Below are positions 42,636 through 51,319 of a DNA stretch of 64,000 bases, in pieces. Every line of letters begins with the position of its first letter. Positions within the stretch are counted from its first letter, which is position 1. The stretch comes from Sulfurimonas sp. GTDB taxonomy: Bacteria > Campylobacterota > Campylobacteria > Campylobacterales > Sulfurimonadaceae. Both the position numbers and the translations under genes were made by a program. The notes beneath the pieces are model-generated. The model was not told the origin of the DNA. It saw nothing but the letters and a program-made list of their open reading frames with translations, and ran no database searches. Location: assembly GCA_026988315.1 (NCBI GenBank), contig JALSLJ010000008.1, positions 2,419 to 66,418 on the forward strand, in the 5' to 3' direction.

Positions 42636-43554
42636 TTATTTGCTCCGTATTAAATTTTTTTGTTATATAGGTACTCATTGTTTCATCAAGTTTTGCACTA
42701 AAAGATACTTTCTCTTTTGTATTTGGATGTATAAAATAAATTATGTAAGCATGAAGCAAAATTCGTTCCGATTTCTCTTGTTTTGGGGCAATTCCATAGA
42801 TATGATCACCTATGATATGTCGATTTATACTCTCTAGATGTACGCGTATTTGATGTGTTCTTCCAGTAAAAAGTTTACATGCTACAAGTTGATTTTTTTC
42901 ATCATTTGAAAATGCTAAGTTTTTAAACATAGTTTTTGCGTATTTACCATGTTCTGTAGAAGCCATTTTCAGTCTATTGTGCTGGCTTCTTGATATATGA
43001 GACTCAATCTCAGTAATATCATCTTTTAATGGTGGCGTTAACACAGCAACATAGTAACGACCCATGCTTTTGTCTTGAAGTTGTTCTGATAAAAATTCAT
43101 GCGCTTCATTATTTTTAGCGATAACCATAGTTCCACTTGTACCTTTGTCGAGCCTATGAACTATTCCATGCCTCTCTTCACCACTAATTGTTGAGAGTCT
43201 AATACCTTTGTGTTTCAACCAATCAACTAAAGTAGCCTCTTTTACACTTGGTGCTGGATGTACAGTTATCCCGCTTGGTTTGTTTATCACTAAAATATCA
43301 TCATCTTCATATAAAACTTCTACATCAAAATCAACTTCAAGAGCTGCCTCTTTTTTAGGATAAGGAAATTCTACTCTAATATTTTGTTCTAGTTTTAGCT
43401 TCACTCCTGGACGAGTTACAAGTTTTTCTTCTATATAAACACACTCTTGTTTTATCAGTTGCGAAATCTGCGAGCGTGTTTGCCCTATTTGTGATGCTAA
43501 AAAAGTATCTAGCCGTTCAACGCTTGTACTTATATAATTTTTTATTTCTCTCAT
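42583..43554 (-). CDS. rluD: RluA-family pseudouridine synthase with S4 domain (RluD-like)
   Basis: RLD S4 start, NKPSG, HRLDKGTSG, GRTHQIRVH. Confidence 0.9.
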   Translation of the reverse strand: MREIKNYISTSVERLDTFLASQIGQTRSQISQLIKQECVYIEEKLVTRPGVKLKLEQNIRVEFPYPKKEAALEVDFDVEVLYEDDDILVINKPSGITVHPAPSVKEATLVDWLKHKGIRLSTISGEERHGIVHRLDKGTSGTMVIAKNNEAHEFLSEQLQDKSMGRYYVAVLTPPLKDDITEIESHISRSQHNRLKMASTEHGKYAKTMFKNLAFSNDEKNQLVACKLFTGRTHQIRVHLESINRHIIGDHIYGIAPKQEKSERILLHAYIIYFIHPNTKEKVSFSAKLDETMSTYITKKFNTEQINEVMDTSNIVHSFTTDS

Positions 43555-43578
43555 ACCTATCCTTAAATAATTGACAGC

Positions 43579-43587
43579 ATTTTAGCA
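43579..43587 (-). promoter_or_regulatory. Extended -10 (TGCTAAAAT) for rluD operon
   Basis: TGn-TAnAAT pattern 25 bp upstream of rluD start. Confidence 0.5.
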
Positions 43588-43730
43588 TAATTTGAGAACG
43601 ATGCTCATAAGTGCCACTCTATATCACGCTAAACAATCAATTTATTTTGTAACTATTATGTCTTCAAATTAATACCTTATCGTATCTTTAGCTATGTAAA
43701 CTTCCGTGTTAAAAATTTAAGGAGAAATAA

Positions 43731-45482
43731 ATGAAGAAATATATTTTACTATCAATAGCAACTGCTGCTGCATTAACATTTGCAGGATGCTCAGATGATA
43801 ATAATGACAATGACGGTGCTGCATTGGCATCAACAATCTCTTTTTCTGAGGTTAAAGTTCCAGAAACTGACGCTGAAAAAAGATCGATTTTAGCTTCAGA
43901 CACAGTAACTATCAATGGGGTTGATCATTCTATTAGCTACAACACTATTATTAGAAGTGGTGATATTTTAAATGGCAACACCTATGGTCTTATCTATGAT
44001 AAAAATGGAAGTCCTGTTATAGAAACTGATGGTTCACAAATGGTAAGTGTGTCAAGTGACTTTGCATCTTTATTGCCAATTGGAAATAAATTGTTTATGG
44101 TTTCTCATTTTGAAACTCGCCCTGCAGCTATGTATATTACTGAGCTAGACCAAGATGAAGCAACTGGCAAACTAACTGCTCTTAACACTAAAAATATTGA
44201 TTTTAGTGCTTTTAATGGTCTTTGGGTTCCTTGTGCTGGTTCAGTAACACCATGGAATACACACTTAGGTAGTGAGGAATACCCTCCAAATGCAGCTGCA
44301 ATTGATGAAAATGGATATATTGATAGTTATTATGAGCCTATGGCTAATTATGTTGGTGGTGATTTAACTGCTCTTAATCCTTATGACTATGGTTGGGTAC
44401 CAGAGATAGAAGTTCTTGATGAAAATGGAAATGTAAAAGTTCAAAAACACTATACAATGGGTAGATTTGCACATGAATTATCTTATGTAATGCCAGATAA
44501 AAAAACAGTATATCAATCAGACGATGGCACAAATGGCGTATTTTACAAGTTTGTAGCAGATACAGCAGGAGATTTATCAGCTGGAACACTTTACGCTGCT
44601 AAATGGAATCAGACATCTAGTGTAGGTGGCGGAACTGCTAACATCACTTGGGTTGATTTAGGTCATGCTACAAATGAAGAGATTAAAGCAGCACTTGATG
44701 CTAAGTATAAATTTGGGGATATTTTTACAGTAGCAGATAGAAATACTGATAACACTTGTCCAACAGGTTTTATACCATCTAACTGGGCTTATAAAAACGA
44801 ATGTTTAAAAATCAATGATGGAATGGAGAAAATTGCTTCGAGATTAGAAAGTGGAAGATATGCTGGTATGATGGGTGCTACAACTGAGTTTTCTAAGATG
44901 GAAGGTATCACTTACAACCCTCAAAACCATGAGATGTATATGGCTATGAGTCGTACTGAAAAAGGGATGGAAGATTACAAATACGATAATCAAACAGAAG
45001 ATAAATATGATAAAGGTGGTCCAAACCATATCAGACTTCAAGAGAGAAATCATTGTGGTGTTGTATATAAAATGGCACTTGATGGATACAATATAACCAC
45101 TATGGAGTCTTTGGTGGAGGGTGAAGGTATGGAAGCAGATGCTTCTGGAAATACATGTAGGCTTGATAAAATATCAATGCCTGATAATGTAACATTTATT
45201 CCAAATACAGATACGCTTATCATAGGGGAAGATACATCTTACCACCAAAATGATATGATTTGGGCATACAACCTTACAAGTAAAAATTTAACTCGTATCC
45301 AAACTACACCATATGGAAGCGAAACTACTTCACCGTACTATTATCCAAATATTAATGGATTTGGTTATCTTACAAGTGTTGTACAGCATCCTTTTGGAGA
45401 GAGTGATCAAGATCAACTCACAAATCCTGATGAAGCAAAAGCTTATACTGGATATATAGGACCATTCCCTGTTATCAAGTAA
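43731..45482 (+). CDS. phoX: PhoX-family (DUF839) alkaline phosphatase, lipoprotein
   Basis: SHFE, CAGSVTPWNTHLGSEE, GRFAHE, SDDG, KMEG, PDN, IGED, ETTS, VQHP; lipobox FAGC; RBS AAGGAG. Confidence 0.88.
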   Translation: MKKYILLSIATAAALTFAGCSDDNNDNDGAALASTISFSEVKVPETDAEKRSILASDTVTINGVDHSISYNTIIRSGDILNGNTYGLIYDKNGSPVIETDGSQMVSVSSDFASLLPIGNKLFMVSHFETRPAAMYITELDQDEATGKLTALNTKNIDFSAFNGLWVPCAGSVTPWNTHLGSEEYPPNAAAIDENGYIDSYYEPMANYVGGDLTALNPYDYGWVPEIEVLDENGNVKVQKHYTMGRFAHELSYVMPDKKTVYQSDDGTNGVFYKFVADTAGDLSAGTLYAAKWNQTSSVGGGTANITWVDLGHATNEEIKAALDAKYKFGDIFTVADRNTDNTCPTGFIPSNWAYKNECLKINDGMEKIASRLESGRYAGMMGATTEFSKMEGITYNPQNHEMYMAMSRTEKGMEDYKYDNQTEDKYDKGGPNHIRLQERNHCGVVYKMALDGYNITTMESLVEGEGMEADASGNTCRLDKISMPDNVTFIPNTDTLIIGEDTSYHQNDMIWAYNLTSKNLTRIQTTPYGSETTSPYYYPNINGFGYLTSVVQHPFGESDQDQLTNPDEAKAYTGYIGPFPVIK

Positions 45483-45498
45483 AATCAGGGTTGCCTCA

Positions 45499-47166
45499 AT
45501 GAAAACTTTTATGTTTTTAGCTTTGCCACTTTTATTGTTACTAGTCTCATGTTCAAATGAGACTAGTGACGAAAGTGCGATTATAGATATAAAAAATCGC
45601 TCCCTTGTAAACTCAGCTGCAAATATTCCAAGCCAATGCTATACAAAAACAGAAGATGAAAACGGCAAAGTATATAACCCCTGTTTCAACTGTCATATCT
45701 CCTCGGTAGAACCAAACTTTATAGATGATGTAAATTTACAAGAAGAGTATGCTTTTAAAGAGTATGCTAGAAAAAATCATTGGACAAACCTTTTTAAAGA
45801 TAGAACGAAAGATGTCTTAAAAATAAGTGATGAGGAGATATTAGAGTATATTCGGGAGAGTAACTACTTTGGAAGTAAAAATGAATTTCTATTGGCCGAG
45901 AAACTCAAAAATTTACCTGATGAATGGGATATAGATGGTGATTCCAAATGGGATGGATATATCCCTGATTGCTACTATAACTTTGACAATGAAGGGTTTG
46001 ATAGAGGAGAGTCTGGCGAATATACAGGGTGGAGAGCCTTTGGCTATTACCCTTTTTTAGGAACCTTTTGGCCTACAAATGGCTCAACTGATGATGTACT
46101 CATAAGGCTTCCGATAGACTTTAGGATAGATGTAAATGGTGTTTTTGATTTAGAAGTATATAAAATAAACCTTTTAATAGTTGAGACACTTATAAAACAA
46201 AAAAGCATTAAAACTTTTGAGATAGATGAAATGAAATATGGGGTTGATTTAGACAAAGATGGTAATTTCTCAATTGCTAATCAAATCACATTTGATTACG
46301 ATCCAAGAAATGGGATAGATATGTATTATGTAGGAATGGCAAACAAAAAGGAACACAAGATAGCTGCTGGACTCTATCCAAAAGGAACAGAATTCCTTCA
46401 TGCTGTTTATTATATAGATATAGACGATAACAACTCCATAAAAATGGCTTCAAGAATGAAAGAGTTAAGATATGCAAAAAAAGTTAGCTGGGCAACTTAT
46501 ACCAATCATAAAACATTATGGCTAGATGAGCTAAAAGAAGCAGATGTATTTCCTGATAGACTAGAAGTTTTTATTGGTGATGCTGAAAGAGGAATAAGCA
46601 ATAAAAGGGGCTGGAGATATCAGGGATTTATTGAAGATGAACATGGGGAGCTAAGACCTCAAAGTTATGAAGAAAATCTTTTATGTATTGGATGTCATGC
46701 AAATATTGGAGCCATAGCTGATTCAACTTTCGTTTATCAAAGAAAATTTGAACACGATACATTTCAAAACGGATGGTACCATTGGAGTCAAAAAGACTTA
46801 CAAGGAACAAAAGAACCAACAACTCCTGATGGAAGAAATGAATATTCACTATATTTAAAAGAAAATGGTGCTGGAGATGAGTTTAGAGAAAATGATGAAG
46901 TGATAGAAAAGTTTTTTAATGAAGATGGTTCACTAAAAGATATAGAGCTTCAAAAGCTCAACCAAGATATAACACATCTTATATTTCCAACACAACAAAG
47001 AGCTTTAAATCTAAATAAGGCATATAAAATTATCGTAAATGAACAAAGTTTTGTATATGGAAGAGATGCAACAATAAGACCTGTTAAAAATGTCCATAAA
47101 AAGCTAGATTTTGAGCAAAGTACGAAGATTGACAATCCTATAGAATACAGCAACAGTAAAATATAA
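45499..47166 (+). CDS. Uncharacterised di-heme c-type cytochrome lipoprotein
   Basis: Lipobox LVSC; CFNCH (45682-45696) and CIGCH (46684-46698); two DxDxD(G) motifs. Confidence 0.8.
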   Translation: MKTFMFLALPLLLLLVSCSNETSDESAIIDIKNRSLVNSAANIPSQCYTKTEDENGKVYNPCFNCHISSVEPNFIDDVNLQEEYAFKEYARKNHWTNLFKDRTKDVLKISDEEILEYIRESNYFGSKNEFLLAEKLKNLPDEWDIDGDSKWDGYIPDCYYNFDNEGFDRGESGEYTGWRAFGYYPFLGTFWPTNGSTDDVLIRLPIDFRIDVNGVFDLEVYKINLLIVETLIKQKSIKTFEIDEMKYGVDLDKDGNFSIANQITFDYDPRNGIDMYYVGMANKKEHKIAAGLYPKGTEFLHAVYYIDIDDNNSIKMASRMKELRYAKKVSWATYTNHKTLWLDELKEADVFPDRLEVFIGDAERGISNKRGWRYQGFIEDEHGELRPQSYEENLLCIGCHANIGAIADSTFVYQRKFEHDTFQNGWYHWSQKDLQGTKEPTTPDGRNEYSLYLKENGAGDEFRENDEVIEKFFNEDGSLKDIELQKLNQDITHLIFPTQQRALNLNKAYKIIVNEQSFVYGRDATIRPVKNVHKKLDFEQSTKIDNPIEYSNSKI

Positions 47167-47181
47167 ATAGAGGAGTACATT

Positions 47182-48642
47182 ATGAAAAAGATACTATTTG
47201 CAACTTATATGGCTGTCATATTTATTGGTTGCAGTTCAGATGTTACTACAGAAAATAATCTCGATGATAATAATGATACAAATAATACTAATTTCACTGT
47301 CCAGCCTACAAAAGAAGCCAATAACCCTATAGATATACAAAATGGCGAAAAGCTATTTGTAGCGAACTGTGCAACTTGTCATGGGGGAGATGCTAAAGGG
47401 AAAACTGGACCTAATATTGTAGGAATTACTAGCCAAAATATATCTGATGAAATATTAGGAAACTCTGCTATGGTTTTTATGCAAGGTTTGTTTTCAGAGG
47501 AAGACTATAGAGTGATGGCAGTTTTTTTAGATGAATTAGAAAGAAAAGATGGTGGAGTAGATGAATTTTCACAAGAGAGGGCTATCCTCGGAGAAAAACT
47601 TTATTTCGATAAAAACTTATCTTCAACAAGATCTATATCCTGTGCTACTTGCCATAACCCTTTGCAGGCCTTTATTGACAATAGGTTTGACTCTAATCCT
47701 GTTTATGGAGCACTCTCAGTTGGTGATGACAATACAACACTAGGTGGAAGAAATTCTCCAACTGTAGCGTACGCAAAATTTATACCAGATTTTTTAAAAA
47801 TTGATGAAGACACATACATTGGTGGGCAATTTTGGGATGGAAGAGCAAATAATTTAAAAGAGCAGGCAAAGGGACCATTTTTAGATGCTGCAGAGATGAT
47901 GATGCCCAATGAGTCTGCTGTTGTGTCGAGAGTTAAGGAAAACCGAGATTATATTGAAGAATTTCAAAATTTATATGGAGATGATATCTTCAATAACGAT
48001 GAAAAAGCATATGATGCCATTGCGGAAGTTATAGCAGAATATGAAAAAATACCTGAAATTTCTCCGTTTAATTCTAAGTATGATAGAAGTAAATTACCTT
48101 ATTATCATATAGACCATTATGAGATGACTGATCAAGAAAAGTACGGTTATCTTTTATTTTTTTCAGATGAAACACACTGTAAATCATGCCACACTACAAG
48201 TTCTGCTACAGAATCATCGATAGAAACTTTTACAAATTCGCACTATGAAAATATTGGTATCCCAAAAAATATTGAAGCTTTACTAGCAAGAGACGGCAAT
48301 ACAGACAAGATAGATTTAGGTTTAGGGGAAGATATAAACGAAAGTAAGCACTATGGAAAATTTAAAGTTCCTACTCTTAGAAATGTCGCGGTTACTGCAC
48401 CTTATATGAGTAATGGAGTTTTCAAAGAGCTAAAAACAGTTATAAAGTATTTTGACTATATGGCAGGAAATGGGCATCCTATAAATCCTGAGACAAACCA
48501 GCCATGGAGAGAAGCAGAGGTAAATAGTACAATCAATCATGAAACATTAAAAACTCTAAAGCCATTAACTGATGAAAAAATAGATGCACTAGAGAGCTTT
48601 TTAAAATTGTTGACCGATAAAGAGTATGAAGGGTTGCTATAA
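47182..48642 (+). CDS. bCcP/MauG-superfamily enzyme with extra N-terminal cytochrome c domain (three CXXCH), lipoprotein
   Basis: Lipobox FIGC; CATCH, CATCH, CKSCH; RNSPTV, GGQFWDGRA, SKYD, FKVPTLRNVAVTAPYM, INPET..W..AEV, LTD..YE.LL. Confidence 0.92.
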   Translation: MKKILFATYMAVIFIGCSSDVTTENNLDDNNDTNNTNFTVQPTKEANNPIDIQNGEKLFVANCATCHGGDAKGKTGPNIVGITSQNISDEILGNSAMVFMQGLFSEEDYRVMAVFLDELERKDGGVDEFSQERAILGEKLYFDKNLSSTRSISCATCHNPLQAFIDNRFDSNPVYGALSVGDDNTTLGGRNSPTVAYAKFIPDFLKIDEDTYIGGQFWDGRANNLKEQAKGPFLDAAEMMMPNESAVVSRVKENRDYIEEFQNLYGDDIFNNDEKAYDAIAEVIAEYEKIPEISPFNSKYDRSKLPYYHIDHYEMTDQEKYGYLLFFSDETHCKSCHTTSSATESSIETFTNSHYENIGIPKNIEALLARDGNTDKIDLGLGEDINESKHYGKFKVPTLRNVAVTAPYMSNGVFKELKTVIKYFDYMAGNGHPINPETNQPWREAEVNSTINHETLKTLKPLTDEKIDALESFLKLLTDKEYEGLL

Positions 48643-48666
48643 TCACACAAACAAGAACAAATATTA

Positions 48667-48675
48667 TGCTACAAT
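48667..48675 (+). promoter_or_regulatory. Extended -10 (TGCTACAAT) for rodA
   Basis: TGn-TAcAAT 28 bp upstream of rodA TTG start. Confidence 0.5.
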
Positions 48676-48703
48676 TTCATGATTTTAAATTGGAGTTGCC
48701 CAC

Positions 48704-49816
48704 TTGTGGAGATTAGATAAACGCATTTTAGCTCAGTTTGACTTTATATCTATTATCTTAATTATCCCACTTGTCATAACTTCAAACTGGCTCATAGGGG
48801 AAGTGGTTCCTGCCCTTGCTCAAAAGCAAACGGCTTATGTTGGCGTTGCTATCATAGCTTTTATATTTGTATTTTTTCTCCCCATTCGTAGAATGAGTTG
48901 GCTTATTCCTCTTATTTATTGGATTAATATTGGATTGTTGTTAGCAGTTGAGTTTTTTGGTCACTCTAGGCTTGGTGCTCAAAGATGGATAGATATCCCT
49001 TTTGTAAATGCCACCATACAGCCATCAGAATTTGTAAAACCAGCTCTTATCCTTATGCTTGCGTATCTCATACATAAAAACCCACCACCTCTTCATGGAT
49101 ACAGAATAAAAGATTTTTTATATATTAGCGGTTACATTCTTTTGCCATTTATTTTGATAGCAAAAGAGCCTGACTTAGGAACTGCTTTGGTACTTTTACT
49201 TATCGGGTATGGCGTACTTTTTTTTATAGGGGTGTATTGGAAGATCTGGGCTACAATTGTAATTACTATCTTACTTCTTTCACCCCTTGCATATAAATTT
49301 TTGCTCCATGACTATCAAAAAATAAGAATCAATGACTTTTTAAGTGAGAAGCCCTCGTATCATGTGCAACAATCGATTATTGCTATTGGCTCAGGGGGAT
49401 TAACTGGAAAGTCTAAAGATGAAGCGACTCAAACACAGATGAGATTTTTACCAATCGCTACAAGTGATTTTATATTTGCTTTTTTAGTGGAACGAACTGG
49501 ATTTTTAGGTGCTTTAGCAATAATACTCATCTATGTAATGCTCATACTGCATCTTCTTAGTTTAAGCATATTTAACACTGATTACTATATAAAGGTAGTA
49601 ACTGTAGCTATCTCTTTTATGATTTTCATATATATGGGAGTTAATATCTCCATGACAATTGGATACGCCCCAGTTGTGGGGGTTCCATTGCCCATGTTTA
49701 GTTATGGGGGGAGTAGTTTTTTAAACTTTATTATCCTTTTTGCTATTATGCAAAACCTCATCGCTTTTAGATTTAAAGATATGTATGATGGACGCGGAAC
49801 TAAGAGCTTTTTATAA
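48704..49816 (+). CDS. rodA: Rod shape-determining protein RodA (SEDS family)
   Basis: GAQRWI, QPSEFVK, EPDLGT, QQSIIAIGSGG, TDF-like TSDFIF, PMFSYGGSS. Confidence 0.95.
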   Translation: MWRLDKRILAQFDFISIILIIPLVITSNWLIGEVVPALAQKQTAYVGVAIIAFIFVFFLPIRRMSWLIPLIYWINIGLLLAVEFFGHSRLGAQRWIDIPFVNATIQPSEFVKPALILMLAYLIHKNPPPLHGYRIKDFLYISGYILLPFILIAKEPDLGTALVLLLIGYGVLFFIGVYWKIWATIVITILLLSPLAYKFLLHDYQKIRINDFLSEKPSYHVQQSIIAIGSGGLTGKSKDEATQTQMRFLPIATSDFIFAFLVERTGFLGALAIILIYVMLILHLLSLSIFNTDYYIKVVTVAISFMIFIYMGVNISMTIGYAPVVGVPLPMFSYGGSSFLNFIILFAIMQNLIAFRFKDMYDGRGTKSFL

Positions 49817-49825
49817 AAAGCTCTT
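49802..49825. terminator. Inverted repeat overlapping rodA stop (putative bidirectional terminator)
   Basis: AAGAGCTTTTT-AT-AAAAAGCTCTT between convergent genes. Confidence 0.6.
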
Positions 49826-50560
49826 TTATTTAGACACTCTGTTATACACTGAAGCATTCATATCAAAATCTACTGAAATAGTATAATCTCCATCATATTG
49901 AGTTGAAACAAGCAAGTTGTTTATACTCCCTATAAGATGCGTTATATTTCCATCTTTTTCTACGCTAGTAACCTCAACATCATAACTTGTAAAGTGAGTC
50001 AGTTCTACACCACCACTCTTATAGTATAAAAAATCGCTACTATATGTTCCTGTTGTTGGATTATCTTTGGAAAAATTATCTATTGTAAAATGTAAAAGTT
50101 TTGTTTGATCAGAACTCCAAATAATATTCTCAAATGCTTGAACATCTATACTATCATCATCAATAAGTGTATAAGGGAGAAATTCATTGAGATAGTTTGT
50201 ATCTGTAGTTTTTGTCATGGATACAAAAGACTCTGTTACGACAGAACCAGAAGATTCTACACTCACATTAAAATCACCTGTTTTATTATAAATGTATTGA
50301 GCATATGTTTCTAATCCAACATTAAATGTATCAGTAACAGTATCTCCATCATTAGTAGTAACTCTCCCATCAACAACATCACCATCTACGACATCATCAA
50401 GCAAATCTGTTGGATCACTGTTATCATCAACAGAGCTATCTGATACCTGCTCTTGATCAGCAGTTGTATTATTAGTATCTTCATTCGTTGTATCTTCACT
50501 ACATCCACTTATAAAAAGCATCAACATTAAACTCACAATTAGGTTTAACACAGTTTTCAT
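49826..50560 (-). CDS. Hypothetical acidic lipoprotein
   Basis: Start MKTVLN at 50560 with AAGGAAG RBS; lipobox ISGC; Asp/Thr/Asn-rich linker; beta-rich C-terminus. Confidence 0.75.
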   Translation of the reverse strand: MKTVLNLIVSLMLMLFISGCSEDTTNEDTNNTTADQEQVSDSSVDDNSDPTDLLDDVVDGDVVDGRVTTNDGDTVTDTFNVGLETYAQYIYNKTGDFNVSVESSGSVVTESFVSMTKTTDTNYLNEFLPYTLIDDDSIDVQAFENIIWSSDQTKLLHFTIDNFSKDNPTTGTYSSDFLYYKSGGVELTHFTSYDVEVTSVEKDGNITHLIGSINNLLVSTQYDGDYTISVDFDMNASVYNRVSK

Positions 50561-50635
50561 TTTGACTTCCTTGTATATCATTTCATACAAGTATAAAATA
50601 TAATCATTGCTTTTTCATTGCAAAATAATAATTTT

Positions 50636-51319
50636 CTAAATATTTAATCTATATCCAAATGAGTGAATAGTTTCTAAAAACTTGTGATTTAGTTTTGAAC
50701 GAAGTCTGCTAACAAGTGCTCGTCTCGTGTTTTCATTAGTGTTTTTATCTGGCCATATTTCATATTCTATTGTATCGATGGAGACAACTCCATTCTTTGT
50801 GTTTACTAGTAGTTTCAAGAGTTGTTTTTCACGCTTTGTTAAGTGTATAGATACCCCGCTATGTATCAATTCACATGAATCACTCACATAAGAAAATTCA
50901 CTATCAAACATAACATCTCCTATCATCTCATCTCTTAATTCGTCATTTTTTCTTCTTGAACTTCTTGTTGCTATCTGTATGGCGACAAGAAGTTCTTTAC
51001 GATTAAAAGGCTTGATAAGATAAGCGGTAGGATCTGTCTCAATAGCGCGTTGTAGAGTCTCATCATCACTAAATGCACTTATATAAATCACAGGAATTTC
51101 CTTCACTTTTTTAATTTCACTTGCACAGGTGATTCCATCCATATCACCTTTTATATAAACATCCATCAAGATCAAATCAATATCTTCATTTTTTACTACT
51201 TCCAATGCACTCGTAGCATCTGAGACAATTTTAACAACCCTATCACCTAGTCCACTGATAAAGGTTTTAATCTCTAAAGCAACTAAACTTTCATCTTCAA
51301 CTATCAATATATTTTTCAT
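50636..51319 (-). CDS. Response regulator with OmpR-type winged-helix output
   Basis: IVEDE, LMDV, IKPF; LTKREKQLL...VSRLRSKL...GYR. Confidence 0.92.
   Translation of the reverse strand: MKNILIVEDESLVALEIKTFISGLGDRVVKIVSDATSALEVVKNEDIDLILMDVYIKGDMDGITCASEIKKVKEIPVIYISAFSDDETLQRAIETDPTAYLIKPFNRKELLVAIQIATRSSRRKNDELRDEMIGDVMFDSEFSYVSDSCELIHSGVSIHLTKREKQLLKLLVNTKNGVVSIDTIEYEIWPDKNTNENTRRALVSRLRSKLNHKFLETIHSFGYRLNI

Noticed and set aside
43590-43730. Pho box upstream of phoX
   Set aside because: No convincing direct repeat matching PhoB or Campylobacter PhosR boxes could be identified by eye
47182-48642. Calling this gene mauG or ccpA, or inferring methylamine utilisation
   Set aside because: No mauA/B/D/E in the window, an extra heme domain and no W199 equivalent; function cannot be assigned
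49704-49709. G6 run in rodA and A/T runs elsewhere as phase-variable tracts
   Set aside because: Too short (Campylobacter contingency tracts are typically G8 or longer), and they lie in intact conserved coding motifs
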